NCBI RefSeq assembly: GCF_009914755.1
Contig: NC_060944.1
Reading direction: 5' to 3' (one strand)
DNA from: the human T2T-CHM13v2.0 reference genome, Homo sapiens
Length of the DNA: 64,000 bases
The position numbers and the translations under genes were made by a program. The notes below the pieces were generated by a model, which searched no databases, was not told the origin of the DNA, and saw only the letters and a list, made by a program, of their open reading frames with translations. Each line of letters starts with the position of its first letter. Positions within the stretch are counted from its first letter, which is position 1. Shown piece by piece: positions 51,852 to 64,000 of this stretch.

Positions 51852-52930
51852 TGGTGATATGTGCTATTTTGTTAGCATGATCAGGCAAGGATTCCCCAAG
51901 GAGGCAACACTTGATCATACACTTGAGGAAGCGAGAGAATATACCATGTGAATATCTGTGGGAAAAGACTTTCCAAGCAAAGGAAACCTCATGCTCAAAG
52001 GCCTTGAAGCAGGAGTGTGCCTGGTGGGTTTTAGGGAAGGTGGCTGGAGTGTAGCAGTCAAAGAAAAAAGGGATAGAAAGTACAGCCAGAGGTATGGCCT
52101 GAGGCCAGGGCATGTCTGGCCTTGCAGGCAACAGCAAAGACTGATTTTATTCTAAGTGTGATAAGAAGCCATTGGGGAGATTTGAAAGCAGAGAGTGGAA
52201 TGCTCTATTTTATGTTTTACGAAGATTATTCTATTTGCTGTGTAAAGAATAGAACAGAAAGGGGCAAGAGAAGATGCAGGAAACCCAATTAGGAAACTAT
52301 TTCGGTCTGTTCCTGTTGCTGTAACAAAATACCACAGACTCGGTAATTTATAAACAACAGAGATTTATTTCTCACAGTTCTGGCGGCTAGGAAGTCCAAG
52401 ATCAAGGCACCAGCAGATTTAGTGTCTGGTGAAGACTCACTTTCTGCTTCATAGATGATGTTTCTTACTGCATTCCCACATGGCGAAAGGGGAAAAAGGG
52501 CCAGGCAGTTCTCTGAAGCCCCTTTTACAAGGGCATTAATCCCATTCATGAGGGTGGAGCCCTCATCACTTCCCAAAAAGGTCTACCTCTAATACCCATC
52601 ACCTTGGGGTGTGAGTTTCAGCATATGAATTTTGGAGGGACACATACATTCAAACCACAGCAGAGGCCATTGCAGGCAGAGGTTGATGATGGCAGCTTGG
52701 TCTAGGTGTTGGGAAGAAGGCGGTAAAATGGGGTCAGTGACGTGATACATTTTGAAGGAAGAGGCTTGTGGTTTGCTGATGTATTGGATGTGGGGAATGA
52801 GGAACAGAGGAATCCAGGATGATTCCAAGGCATTTGCCTGAGTAACTGAATGAACGATGTTGCTTCTACTGAGAGGAGAAATACTGGCAGGAGGGCAGAT
52901 TTAAGGGAGAGAATCAGTTTTGGTTGTAGA
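51852..52930 (-). mobile_element. L2, interrupted by an MST/MLT1A LTR
   Basis: atgctcaaaggccttgaagcaggagtgtgcctgg; ggaatccaggatgattccaagg. Confidence 0.8.
52298..52662 (-). mobile_element. MSTD/MLT1A MaLR LTR
   Basis: gctgtaacaaaataccacagact..ggaagtccaagatcaagg..acattcaaaccacagca. Confidence 0.85.
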
Positions 52931-53094
52931 AGGGGAGAATGGTAAAGAAAGAGCAATTAGCAGGGAAGCATATATTGAACACTATGTTAAAATTCATAGT
53001 GCTGCACTTCACTCCGCCTTTCTCTTGGGTAGTGGAGGCCATTTGAACTTCCAGGGCTTGATTGGCAACTCCCCAAACCAGGTGAGTAGTGGTG

Positions 53095-54478
53095 GAAATA
53101 AATCCAGAAATAAACCCAAAATGTATTAAAGACTTAAATATAAGACCTGAAGCTGTAAAACTAGAAGAAAACAGAAAACTTCCTTGGCAATGATTTTTTT
53201 GGATATGACACCAAAAGCACAGGCAACAAAAGCAAAAATAAATGGACTAAATTAAATGGAAAAATTTCTGCACAGCAAAGGGAAAAATTCAACAAAATAA
53301 AAAGGCAACCTATGGAATGGGAGAAAATTTGCAAACTAAATATCTGATAAGGGATTACCATCCGAAATATATAAGGACGTCCTGCAATGCAATAGCAAAA
53401 TGCCAAATAACCTGATTAAAATATGAGCAAAAGATCTAATAGACACTTCTGCAGAAAAGACATACAAATGGCCAACAGTTATATAAAAGATGATCAACAT
53501 CACAAATCATTGGGAAAATGCAAGTTGAACACACAATGAGATATCACTTTACACCTGCTAGGATGGCCATTATTAAAAAATGTTAATGAAGATGTGAAGA
53601 AAAGGGAATGCTGGTACACTGTAAATGAGAATGTAAATTGGTATAGTCATTATGGAAAACAGTACAGAGGTTCCTTAAAAACTTAGAACTACCATATGAT
53701 CCAGCAGTCCCACTTCTGGATATCAAAATTAGGAAGGAACAGAAATTAGGATCTTGAAGAGATACTTGCACTTCTATGTTCATTGCAGCATTGTTCACGA
53801 TAGTGAAGATATAAAAACAACCTAAAAGTTCACTGTTGAATGAATTAATAAAGTATGGTGTATACATACAATGGAATGTTATTTAGACTTAAGAAGCTAT
53901 GTTGTCATTTGCGACAGCATAAATGGACCTAGAGGACATCATGCTAAGTGAAATAAGCCAGACACAGAAAGACAAATATTGTGTGACCTCATTGTATGTG
54001 GAACATACTATAGTCAAACTCACAAAAGCAGAAAGTAGGGTGGTGGCTTCCAGGGGTGAGGGGAGCGGGGAAGAGGAAATGGGGAGGTAAGTGATGGTCA
54101 AAGGGTACATGTTTCAGTTATGCAAAATAAATAAATTCTGGAGATCACTATACAGTATATAGTGCCTAAAGCTGACAAAACTATATTGTATACTTACAAA
54201 CTTTAAACTTTGCTGAGAGGGTAGATCTTCTGTTAAGTGTTCTTACACACAGACACACAGACACACACACACACACACACACACATATGCACACACTAAT
54301 CAAGGAGGTGGAAGGAAACTTTAGGAGGTAATGCATATGTTTATGGCCTTGATGGATATGTTTATGGTGATGGTTTCATGGGTGTATATTTATTATATCA
54401 TCAAACTCCTGGAGTTGTATATGTTAAAAATGTATAGCTTTTTGCGTGTCAATCATACCTCAATAAAACGGTTTAAAA
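53095..54478 (+). mobile_element. L1MA9/MA10/MB1-like 3' end
   Basis: attaaagacttaaatataagacctgaa; atgctaagtgaaataagccagacacagaaagacaaata; ends tcatacctcaataaa. Confidence 0.9.
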
Positions 54479-55048
54479 TGTAATTACTTTCTTAAAAAAT
54501 GCCTCGTACAGTCTGGACCAGGTTAAAACTTTATTCTCACATCCAATTCATTGCCCATCTCCTTTGCTCTCCTGGTTGACAGCCAGGCTTTTCCTGGGAA
54601 ACAGTGATGGGGAGGCCCCGTGTCTGCCCTTGCCCCTCTTGCCATCTCTCCCCATGTCTTTTCTCCCTCTTGAATTGCTTGACTAGGCAGATGTCTAATG
54701 AGGGAAGGAGATGTCAGTTACCCTGCATCTTCCTGTTATCCCAAGCTCTACAAGTGATTTCTTTGAAGTTTCCATCCCACACTTGCTTAGAGAGGTGGGA
54801 ATAACTCCTTTCTCCCTCAAGGCGAAGAAGGAAAAAGACATGATTTTCTCCCCTCCCACTGTGATTCACAGTGTTTCTTCTTTCACTTTGTCTCCTCTCT
54901 CTTGGTCTTCTGCTTATATGGTCCTGGTAGTGGTGGGTTCAGGGAGACCTGGATGAGGGTGGCAGAACTGACTGGACAGTGTGTTAGTCCAGGACCTCCT
55001 AGAAGCTGACATAGAAATAGGAATAGATGTGCAGGAGGAAATGCTTTT

Positions 55049-55440
55049 TGTGATGGTTACTTTTATGTGTCAACGTGACTAGGCCATGGGGAACCTGGAT
55101 ATTTGGTTAAACATTATCCTGGGTATGTCTGTGAAGGTGTTTGTGGATGAGATTAACATTTAAATCAGTAAGCTGAGTAAAGCAGATTGCACTCTCTGAT
55201 GTGTATGGGTCTTATTCAACCAGTTTAAGGCCTGAATGGAACAAAAAGGCTACCCCCTCCCCGAGTAAGAATAACTCCTGCCTGACTGCCTTCAAACTGA
55301 GACCTTGGTTTTTCTTTCTGCCTTCAGACTGAAGCTGAAACATGGGCTCTTCTGGGTCTCTGGCTTGCTGACTCACCCTGTAGATCTTGGGACTTGTCAG
55401 CCTCCATAATTGTGAGCCAATTTCTTATAATAAATAAATA
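55049..55440 (+). mobile_element. MLT2 (ERVL) LTR
   Basis: tgtgatggttacttttatgtgtcaac..ggatgagattaacattt..cagcctccataattgtgagccaatt. Confidence 0.88.
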
Positions 55441-55611
55441 TAAAACTATATAATATAATTATATTTATATAAAATATTTATATGAAATCATTAGCATGTC
55501 TAAATTTTAAATAATCCTCAGACAAACCACAAATACTTCAAAATCGAAATGAGAAAGGGGATATAACCACAGATACAAAAGAAATTAAAGGACAATAACA
55601 AGACAAGAAAA

Positions 55612-57206
<1,595 letters not shown>

Positions 57207-57734
57207 GGTAACATTCCTGAACATCCAGAACTCACATATTTTTAAAAACACTAGATGACTTAAGAAGTGCTTAAAAAACTTGGACAAATAACATAGAAGA
57301 AATTAATGAAGTTGTTAAAGATCTCTTTAAGATCCTGAGTCCTGATGATTTCATAGTGAAGTTTTTTCAAATATTCAAGATATTTCAGATGTCATTCAAA
57401 TTAGCACAGAAGATAGAGGAAGGAGAATTTTCTTAAGTATTATAATAATTTTAACATACCATTGATGCCAAAATCTAACACAAGAAAATTCCAGACCTGT
57501 CTTATTTATAAAGATATAAAATTCCTGAATAAAACATTGTTTCATAGAATTTAGCAGTGTCTTTAAATTAATGTATTCTAAGTGGGGTTCTACTAAGGAA
57601 TAACAGGATTATTCAATGTTAAGAAACCCATAATTATAACTTGTCATATTGCCAGGCCAGAAAATTTAATATCTGAATGAATTCTGAAAAAATACAGATA
57701 TAATTTCACATTCATTTTTATTAAAATTTGTACT

Positions 57735-58518
57735 TGAGAGGTTTTTTTTCCCCTCCTGACATCAACTAATTCTGACACCAACTAGGTATCCTACAATTCA
57801 ACTTGATTCTAACACTAACTACCTGGCATTAGCTACCTGGAATTAGCACCTAAACTGCAGGTTTAGGCACTCAGTCTCACAAGACTGTCCTCACTTCAGA
57901 TGCCAGTCACAAGTGTCAGGTCGCCAGGTTACCCACACTTCTGTCCAACTTGGCTACAAAGTCAAGGGTTGCCACTCCCCATTCCCTTTAGGCTTGTTAA
58001 TTTGCTAGAATAGCTTGCAAAACTAAGGGAATCACTTAACTTTTGTTTACCAGTTTATTTTGGAGAATACAAATGAACCGCCAGATGAAGAGGTGCATAG
58101 GGTGAGGTCTGGAAGGGTCCTGAGTACAGGAGCTTCTGTCCCCATGGAGCTAGGATGTGCCACCCTCGCAGCATATGGATGTGTTCACCAACTTGGAAGC
58201 TTTCCGCTTCCAAAAAATCCCCTCATTTAGGATTTTTTTTTTTATGGCAGCTTCATCATGTAGGCATGATTGATTATTAACTCAATCCCCAGCCCCTCTT
58301 TCCTGGGTTGTGGGGCTTAAAGTTCTAGGCTTCTAACCAAGGCTTGGTCTTTATGGAGACCTGTCCCCAGTCTGAAGCTATCTAGAGGCTAGTCAAGAAT
58401 TGTCTTACTAGACAAAAGACAGTCCTATTATTATTATCACTCAGGAAATTCCAAGAGTATTAGGAGCTCCAGGCAAGGAAATGAGAAGAAGGCCCAGATG
58501 CTTTTTAATAATGCCTTG
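57735..58518 (-). mobile_element. MER21-family LTR
   Basis: caagactgtcctcacttcagatgccagtcacaag..ccagatgaagaggtgcatagggtgaggtctggaaggg. Confidence 0.8.
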
Positions 58519-58825
58519 GTAGTTAATAAATAAAAAATTAGGTAATCCTCATTACAAGAATGCTTTATGGTGAAGCAATAAAAACAATCTTGTTAAATTT
58601 AGGAAAGAGGAAATGATACTTTCCCTCAACTCTCTTATAGAACATTGTTCTAGAGATGCTTACCAATGCTATTAGAGAAGAAAATAAAAATGAGGTAGAC
58701 ATCTGGCAAACAATAAGATAAAATGCTTATCCCTTGCAGAAGAGATTATTAGCTACCTGGAAAACATGAGAGAATCAATAGGAAAATTTTGGAAGTGATA
58801 AAATTTAAAGCATTTGGTTGTAAAT

Positions 58826-58826
<1 letters not shown>

Positions 58827-58862
<36 letters not shown>
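58827..58862 (+). repeat. (CA)n microsatellite
   Basis: Directly visible. Confidence 0.97.
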
Positions 58863-58864
<2 letters not shown>

Positions 58865-60551
58865 TTCTCAATATGTCAACAGTAAGTGATTTTAAAAATT
58901 TCTTTACAGCAATAGGTTCATTTTTTTTTCCCTGTGAGGAGGAATCCTGTCTATTGTAAGAGGGAAGATTGAAACATGTTTAGAAGAAACAGAGGAGACA
59001 AAGAGCATGTCTTGGAGATGTTGATATCCTTAGTGCCTGTTTTTATTAAGCCTTAACTTCATTCTGTCCTTAGGTTTCATGGGATGCCTCAAAATTCTTA
59101 TAATAAATCCTCTTTCAGCTTATAGTGGATTTAGATTGGGGTTCTGTTGCTTGCAACTGTAGGGAGCCTAACCAATGAAGGCAGATTTGTTAGAAAGCAC
59201 AAAACACAATGAACTCTTTGCTTCCCTAGTCCACAACAGTTTTAGGATGCATAAAATATAGTGTATTCAGAAATGATGAGGGGTGAGTGCATAGGTAAAT
59301 GCATATAGACAAAACAGAGCCTGGGGGAAAATTACAATAATCTTATACTATTAGTCTCCCCTTCAGTAGCATCCTTGGGATCTTGGGTCTCATAATTCTA
59401 TTTCCTTTTAAAAAGTCGTGCACATACTGTCAACAGCCATTAAACTTGCTTGCTATTGCTGTCCCTTGATGGCCTCAGTCAATAGCCCCCTATATCCTTG
59501 CCTGCATAGTCGAGGCTGTTCTTAAACTGAGGACTATTTAGGAGGCTTACCCTTCTACTACTAGCTCTCTCAGCTAGGAATGATTCTTCCCTTATCGTGC
59601 TTACAATGCTCAGGAAGCCAAATTCTTTTAACTCAGAATCAGTCCCTTTCTAATCTGGGACATGGCTGGTCCGGAATGGCTAGAAGTTTGGAGTCTCAAT
59701 CCCAAACCCAAGGGTACAACCTTCTATCTCAAAGTGTTTTCCAGGAATATAGGACTCTTGGATGATTTGCTCTGGCAGCCCAGAATTCTCAATGTGGATT
59801 TGCAGATTAGGTTTTTCTTCACTGTTCTTCCCACAATGATCAGGCAGTATATTTAACAGGAATTACTTTACAACTAAAGAAAAATTAAAACCAAGACAAG
59901 GATCCCAAAGCTATATAAGAACAAAAGACCTGCTTCTAACTGGAAGAGAATAGAAAAATTATAAAATCTCACTGTAGCTCATGATAGAGTGTTCCCTACC
60001 TATGAGTATATGCCATTTCAATAATTTTTAATCCTTTAGACTTTGAGTAGGGCAGTCTGAATGTAAGCATCATTTTGCATTAAGGCCAGCAGGGATGAAC
60101 CATAGAGAGGAGAAACATTATTGATTGTTATAAGTTCTCAGTAAAAAAAATACCCTGACCTTACTCTACTGCCTTTCCTTACATATCTTCTGGGTGCATA
60201 ATTTTTTGTTTGAAATCTGCAATAGGGATGGAGGCAGCATATTAGTTATGATTTTTAATGATGATGCTTATAATTATACAGCAAAAAATTGAGAGATTAC
60301 TATGTGCCAATAACTTTAAGTTTATTATCTAATTGAATAATCACAGCAACTCTGTTATTACCTTCCCTGTTACACGAAGAGACCAAGATTGGGAGCAGGT
60401 ACTAAATTGTCCCTTGGTCCAACAGGGGAATAAGGTAGCAAATCATGTGAACCTGAATGGTCAGATTCTAGACTCCTGGTTCCATCCTCAGATGGCTGTT
60501 TGGTGGCCTTGACTCCCTGGATTCTAGAAGCAAGCCTATGGCTAATATCCA

Positions 60552-60979
60552 TGATATAGTTTGGATGTTTATCCCTGCCCAACACTCATATTGAAATGCA
60601 ATCCACAGTGTTGGAGGTGGGGCCTGGTGGGAGGTGTTTGGATCATGGTTGTGAATCCCTTATGAATGGCTTGGGCCATCCCTTTGGTGATAAGTAAGCT
60701 CTCACTCTGAGTTCATGAGATCTGGTTGTTTAAAGGTGTGTGGTACCTCCCTCCAACTCTCTCACTTGCTCCTGCTTTCACCATATGATGTGCCTGCCCC
60801 CGCTTTACCTTCCGCCATGATTGTAAGCTTCCTGGTCCCTCTTTAGAAGCCAAGCAGATGCCAGCACCATGCTTCTATACAGCCTGCAGACCCATGAGCC
60901 AATGGAACCTCTTTTTTTTTTTTGTAAATTACCCAATCTCAGGTATTTATTTACAGCAATGCAAGAGTAGCCTAATACA
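60552..60979 (+). mobile_element. MSTA/MSTB MaLR solo LTR
   Basis: TG..CA termini; perfect TSD atcca. Confidence 0.93.
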
Positions 60980-61299
60980 ATCCATAACTTGAAGTTTCCC
61001 ACAACTCTAGATATTCTGGGCCTGCAGCTACTTTGGGTTCATGAACAAAGAGCTGTATTTCAGGTGAAGTATTCAAAGGAGAGGCATTTCCTTATATTTC
61101 AGCTCAATATTTTGGGGTGTAAGGCCAAGCAGGTATAGACACACTTGACTGCCAAATGGGGTGTTAGTAAGATGCCCTTGCTCAGGACAGATCTACTGAT
61201 GTGGAAAGTGTCAAGGAAATAAGAATCTTTAACTAGGAATTTGGCTATCATTTTGGTCAAGGAAGATAAATTTTCAGATCATAAAGGGTAAAGTTAACA

Positions 61300-63065
61300 T
61301 TGATAAGACAACACTCAAAGGTAGAAGTTTATAGATAGCTCAAAACTAGTTGAAATAATTTTAGCAAGATGAGTGATCTCTGGGAAATTGCAGACCCTTG
61401 AATTAATGATGCTAATTTTCAGAAATCCTAGAGGAGAGAGATGCCTGAAGCCTGGAAACTGGCAAAAAAAATTCCATTTTTCCTTAAGGGAAGAAAGGTG
61501 ACTCAATCCTGGGCAGGAATCTAGTATGATTTATTTAGGGCAAGATTGTAAACATATTGGAGATCACTAGAAACCAATATTGACTCACTTAGAATAAGTT
61601 ATAGGAGGATAATATCATTTCCTTTTTAGATAGTGTCACTAGGCTCTCAGAGTAGGATAGTGACATATCTGTTAGGAATTGTACTTGGCTTTGAATAACA
61701 GAAACCAAAAGATGAGTGGCTTAAACAGTTAAGAAATTCTTCTTTTTTCCTGCAAGGAGAAGTCTAGTAGCAGGTGGTCTCTAGCATTGATTTCAGAGAC
61801 CCATGACTTTCAGGGCTACAGTGCCTGTGATTGTCTTGACTTCTCCCTTATGGTTGCAAAATGACTGCTCCACCTGCCACATCACATCAGTATTTCAGGC
61901 AGGAAAGGCAAAGAACAAAGGATCTGTGTCATCTGAGCTGGCTTTTTAAAAGTGGTTTTCCTGGGAGGGCTACCCAATAACTTCCATCTCATTGACCAGA
62001 ACTATGTCACATGACCACTGTTATTTGCAAGGGAGGCTGGGAAATATAGTATCTTGACACATTGCCTCTTGACAAAGCCAGGAAGCATAGGTGTTGGGTG
62101 CTAAACTAGTAATCTCTGTCCCATGAAGCAGATAACTGATCTGGCTTTCAGCAGAACATAACAAAAAAAAACTTTAGATATCCTTAGAGAGAAAACTGAA
62201 AATACAAATAGGGTCTTAGAGGATCTTGGAATACTAAAAACTAGTTTACCCATTCAGAGCAGATAAATGAATTGATATCATTTTGTGGGGAGGACTTTAT
62301 TGGAGTGCCTATGGGCTCTATCATAGCCCTGATCATATTAGCACTTTAATGATTTGAATTGAAGACATGGAAAAGCCACTTGCGTGATTTGCTGGTGAAA
62401 TAAAGTTGAAAGAGAAAATGTGTGAAGAAGCTGGCTGAAAAAATCAGTATCTTTTTAGATCTTGGTTGCTTAAGTGCGGCCAGATTTTATTAGGTGAATC
62501 AGCAGAAGAATAAGGGAGGGTCCTGTGTTGGGTTGCAGAAGCGGTGGTCCAAGTGCAGGATCAGGGAGCTCTGGCTTAGTGAAGCAGGTCTGTAAGGTCT
62601 TGTGGGCTTTTAGCTCACTCTTGACTTTGTATAGTAATCAGGATGATGTGGATCCACAAGTCCCATTTACCCTCAAGCCATGTTAATAGAAATATCACAA
62701 GAGCTGTGATCCAGGGCAGAGAATGAGAATTCAGTGGAAGGAGAGTGTTTGACCCAGAGATATTCAGGTGGTACATTAACCTCTTAACTTATCTCAAAAC
62801 ATTTTAGAGATTAGGGGAAGTATAGTTGAAGGAAGGGGGCCTGGGGTGATTAAAACCATTTATCTATGGAAAACTGCAGGACTTGGAGACATCTGAGGAG
62901 CTGACCAAGGATAGAATAAGATATCCTTGGAGATGGTGAGTTCTCTGTCATTGGAAATATTAAGCTGGGAAGGGAGCCTATAGAGATGATTTAAGCATTG
63001 GGAGGGTAAACAGACTAGTTGCACTGTTACATAATTCCCTTTGGCTCATGAGGCTGTTTGATTCT
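61300..63065 (+). mobile_element. L3 (CR1) LINE, RT region to 3' end, split by an MLT1 LTR
   Basis: Decayed CR1 RT landmarks in order: tggaaactggcaa..ccatttt..aaggg (WK.A..PIF.KG), tcctttttagatagtgtcact (SFFD.VT), ctggctttcagcag (LDFS), ggagtgcctatgggctct (GVPQGS), tttgctggtgaaataaagttg (FADDTKL). Confidence 0.75.
61667..62120 (-). mobile_element. MLT1 (K/L-like) LTR
   Basis: ataacagaaacc..gtggcttaaaca; ggttgcaaaatgactgct; ccagaactatgtcacatgacc. Confidence 0.7.
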
Positions 63066-63504
63066 CCAAATTTTCTGGTGACCCCTGGGGTCACATGATC
63101 AGTAGATATACTGGTCAAAAAGTTACATAGCTGCTGGCCTAAGGCTCTCAAGAGGCTGATGAGACACTGAGCCCTTCCAGGAGGGGCTAAAACACTGATT
63201 TAAAACCCTGAGATGAAATATATTATTTTCAAGCAGTCTATAGGTTTGGCCACAGAAGGATAAATTGCACTGGAATTTGACATTAGCTAACCCAGTGGGA
63301 GGTTGAGGGGTCAACAGACCATCCTGTAACCTTGAGTCTTCTTGAACCTTGGGAAAAGCTGGCTCTGGGCTGGAGATGACTAGGTGTGGCCAGGACCTTG
63401 ATTTTCCCTCTGCCTCATTGTGGGGAAACCATCTGTGGCTTCACTATCATTAGTTTACATGGGTATGACTATGGGGTGTGAATGAAAAGAGCACTTAAGT
63501 TACC

Positions 63505-64000
63505 TAAACATTTATCGAGCACCTACTATGTGCCAGGCACTGTGCTGGAGCCAGGGATGTGGAGAGGAATCAAATACGGTCCCTGGGATGGAGGAGCTCA
63601 CAGATCAGTGATGGAGGGGACCAAAAACCAAACAGATCCTAATAGGCAGAGGGTCTCGATAGACACTTATACCAGGTGCGAGGAAATCTGTTGTAATTAC
63701 TCATGCCTGGAATAGGGCATCAAGGGGGCCTTCCCAAAGGTGAGCTGTAAGTGGGGAGGTGCTTTAGATAGATAAGAGCACAGGCTGGCCTTTCCTGGTG
63801 GAGGGACAGCACATGCAAAGGCCCTGTTTTGCAATGTCCTGGTGTATTCTGGGAATGGTAAACTTTTCTGGGTGGCTGGAAGAGCAAGGTTCATGGTGAG
63901 CAAAAAGACTCAGCAAATTTGGGACTGATACTGAATGCCATGCTGAGACATTTTTACTTTGCTCTGTTGGCATTCAGGAGTCACCCCAGGCTTAAAAGTA
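63505..64000 (-). mobile_element. L2
   Basis: aacatttatcgagcacctactatgtgccaggcactgtgct; acagcacatgcaaaggccctg. Confidence 0.85.

Overview
Primate (very probably human) non-coding genomic DNA that looks like a gene desert or a large intron. I cannot place the locus from sequence alone. I see no host protein-coding gene, tRNA/rRNA or CRISPR array. The only ORFs with recognisable products are LINE-1 ORF2 C-terminal fragments (16962-17562 and 55845-57014); the rest are Alu, microsatellite or chance frames. Much of the window is transposon debris: Alu, L1PA2/L1PA4/L1M, L2, L3/CR1, MIR, MaLR/ERVL solo LTRs, and hAT and mariner/Tigger MITEs. Between these lie unique-looking islands rich in homeodomain motifs that resemble developmental enhancers, including POU and PBX-HOX/MEIS clusters. 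Best-supported unusual structures: (1) a MADE1 mariner MITE hit at one site by an AluSc8-like element and then by an L1PA2 carrying a 104-bp 3' transduction, with the L1's own poly(A) signal missing; (2) a ~220-bp local duplication pasted into an MLT1 LTR with uneven divergence; (3) a perfect 26-bp inverted templated insertion inside an inverted, twin-priming-like old L1; (4) a tandemly doubled hairpin that creates four TAATCC sites. I do not see evidence for a wholly new biological system. Subfamily names come from recalled consensus sequences, and boundaries of old repeats are approximate.
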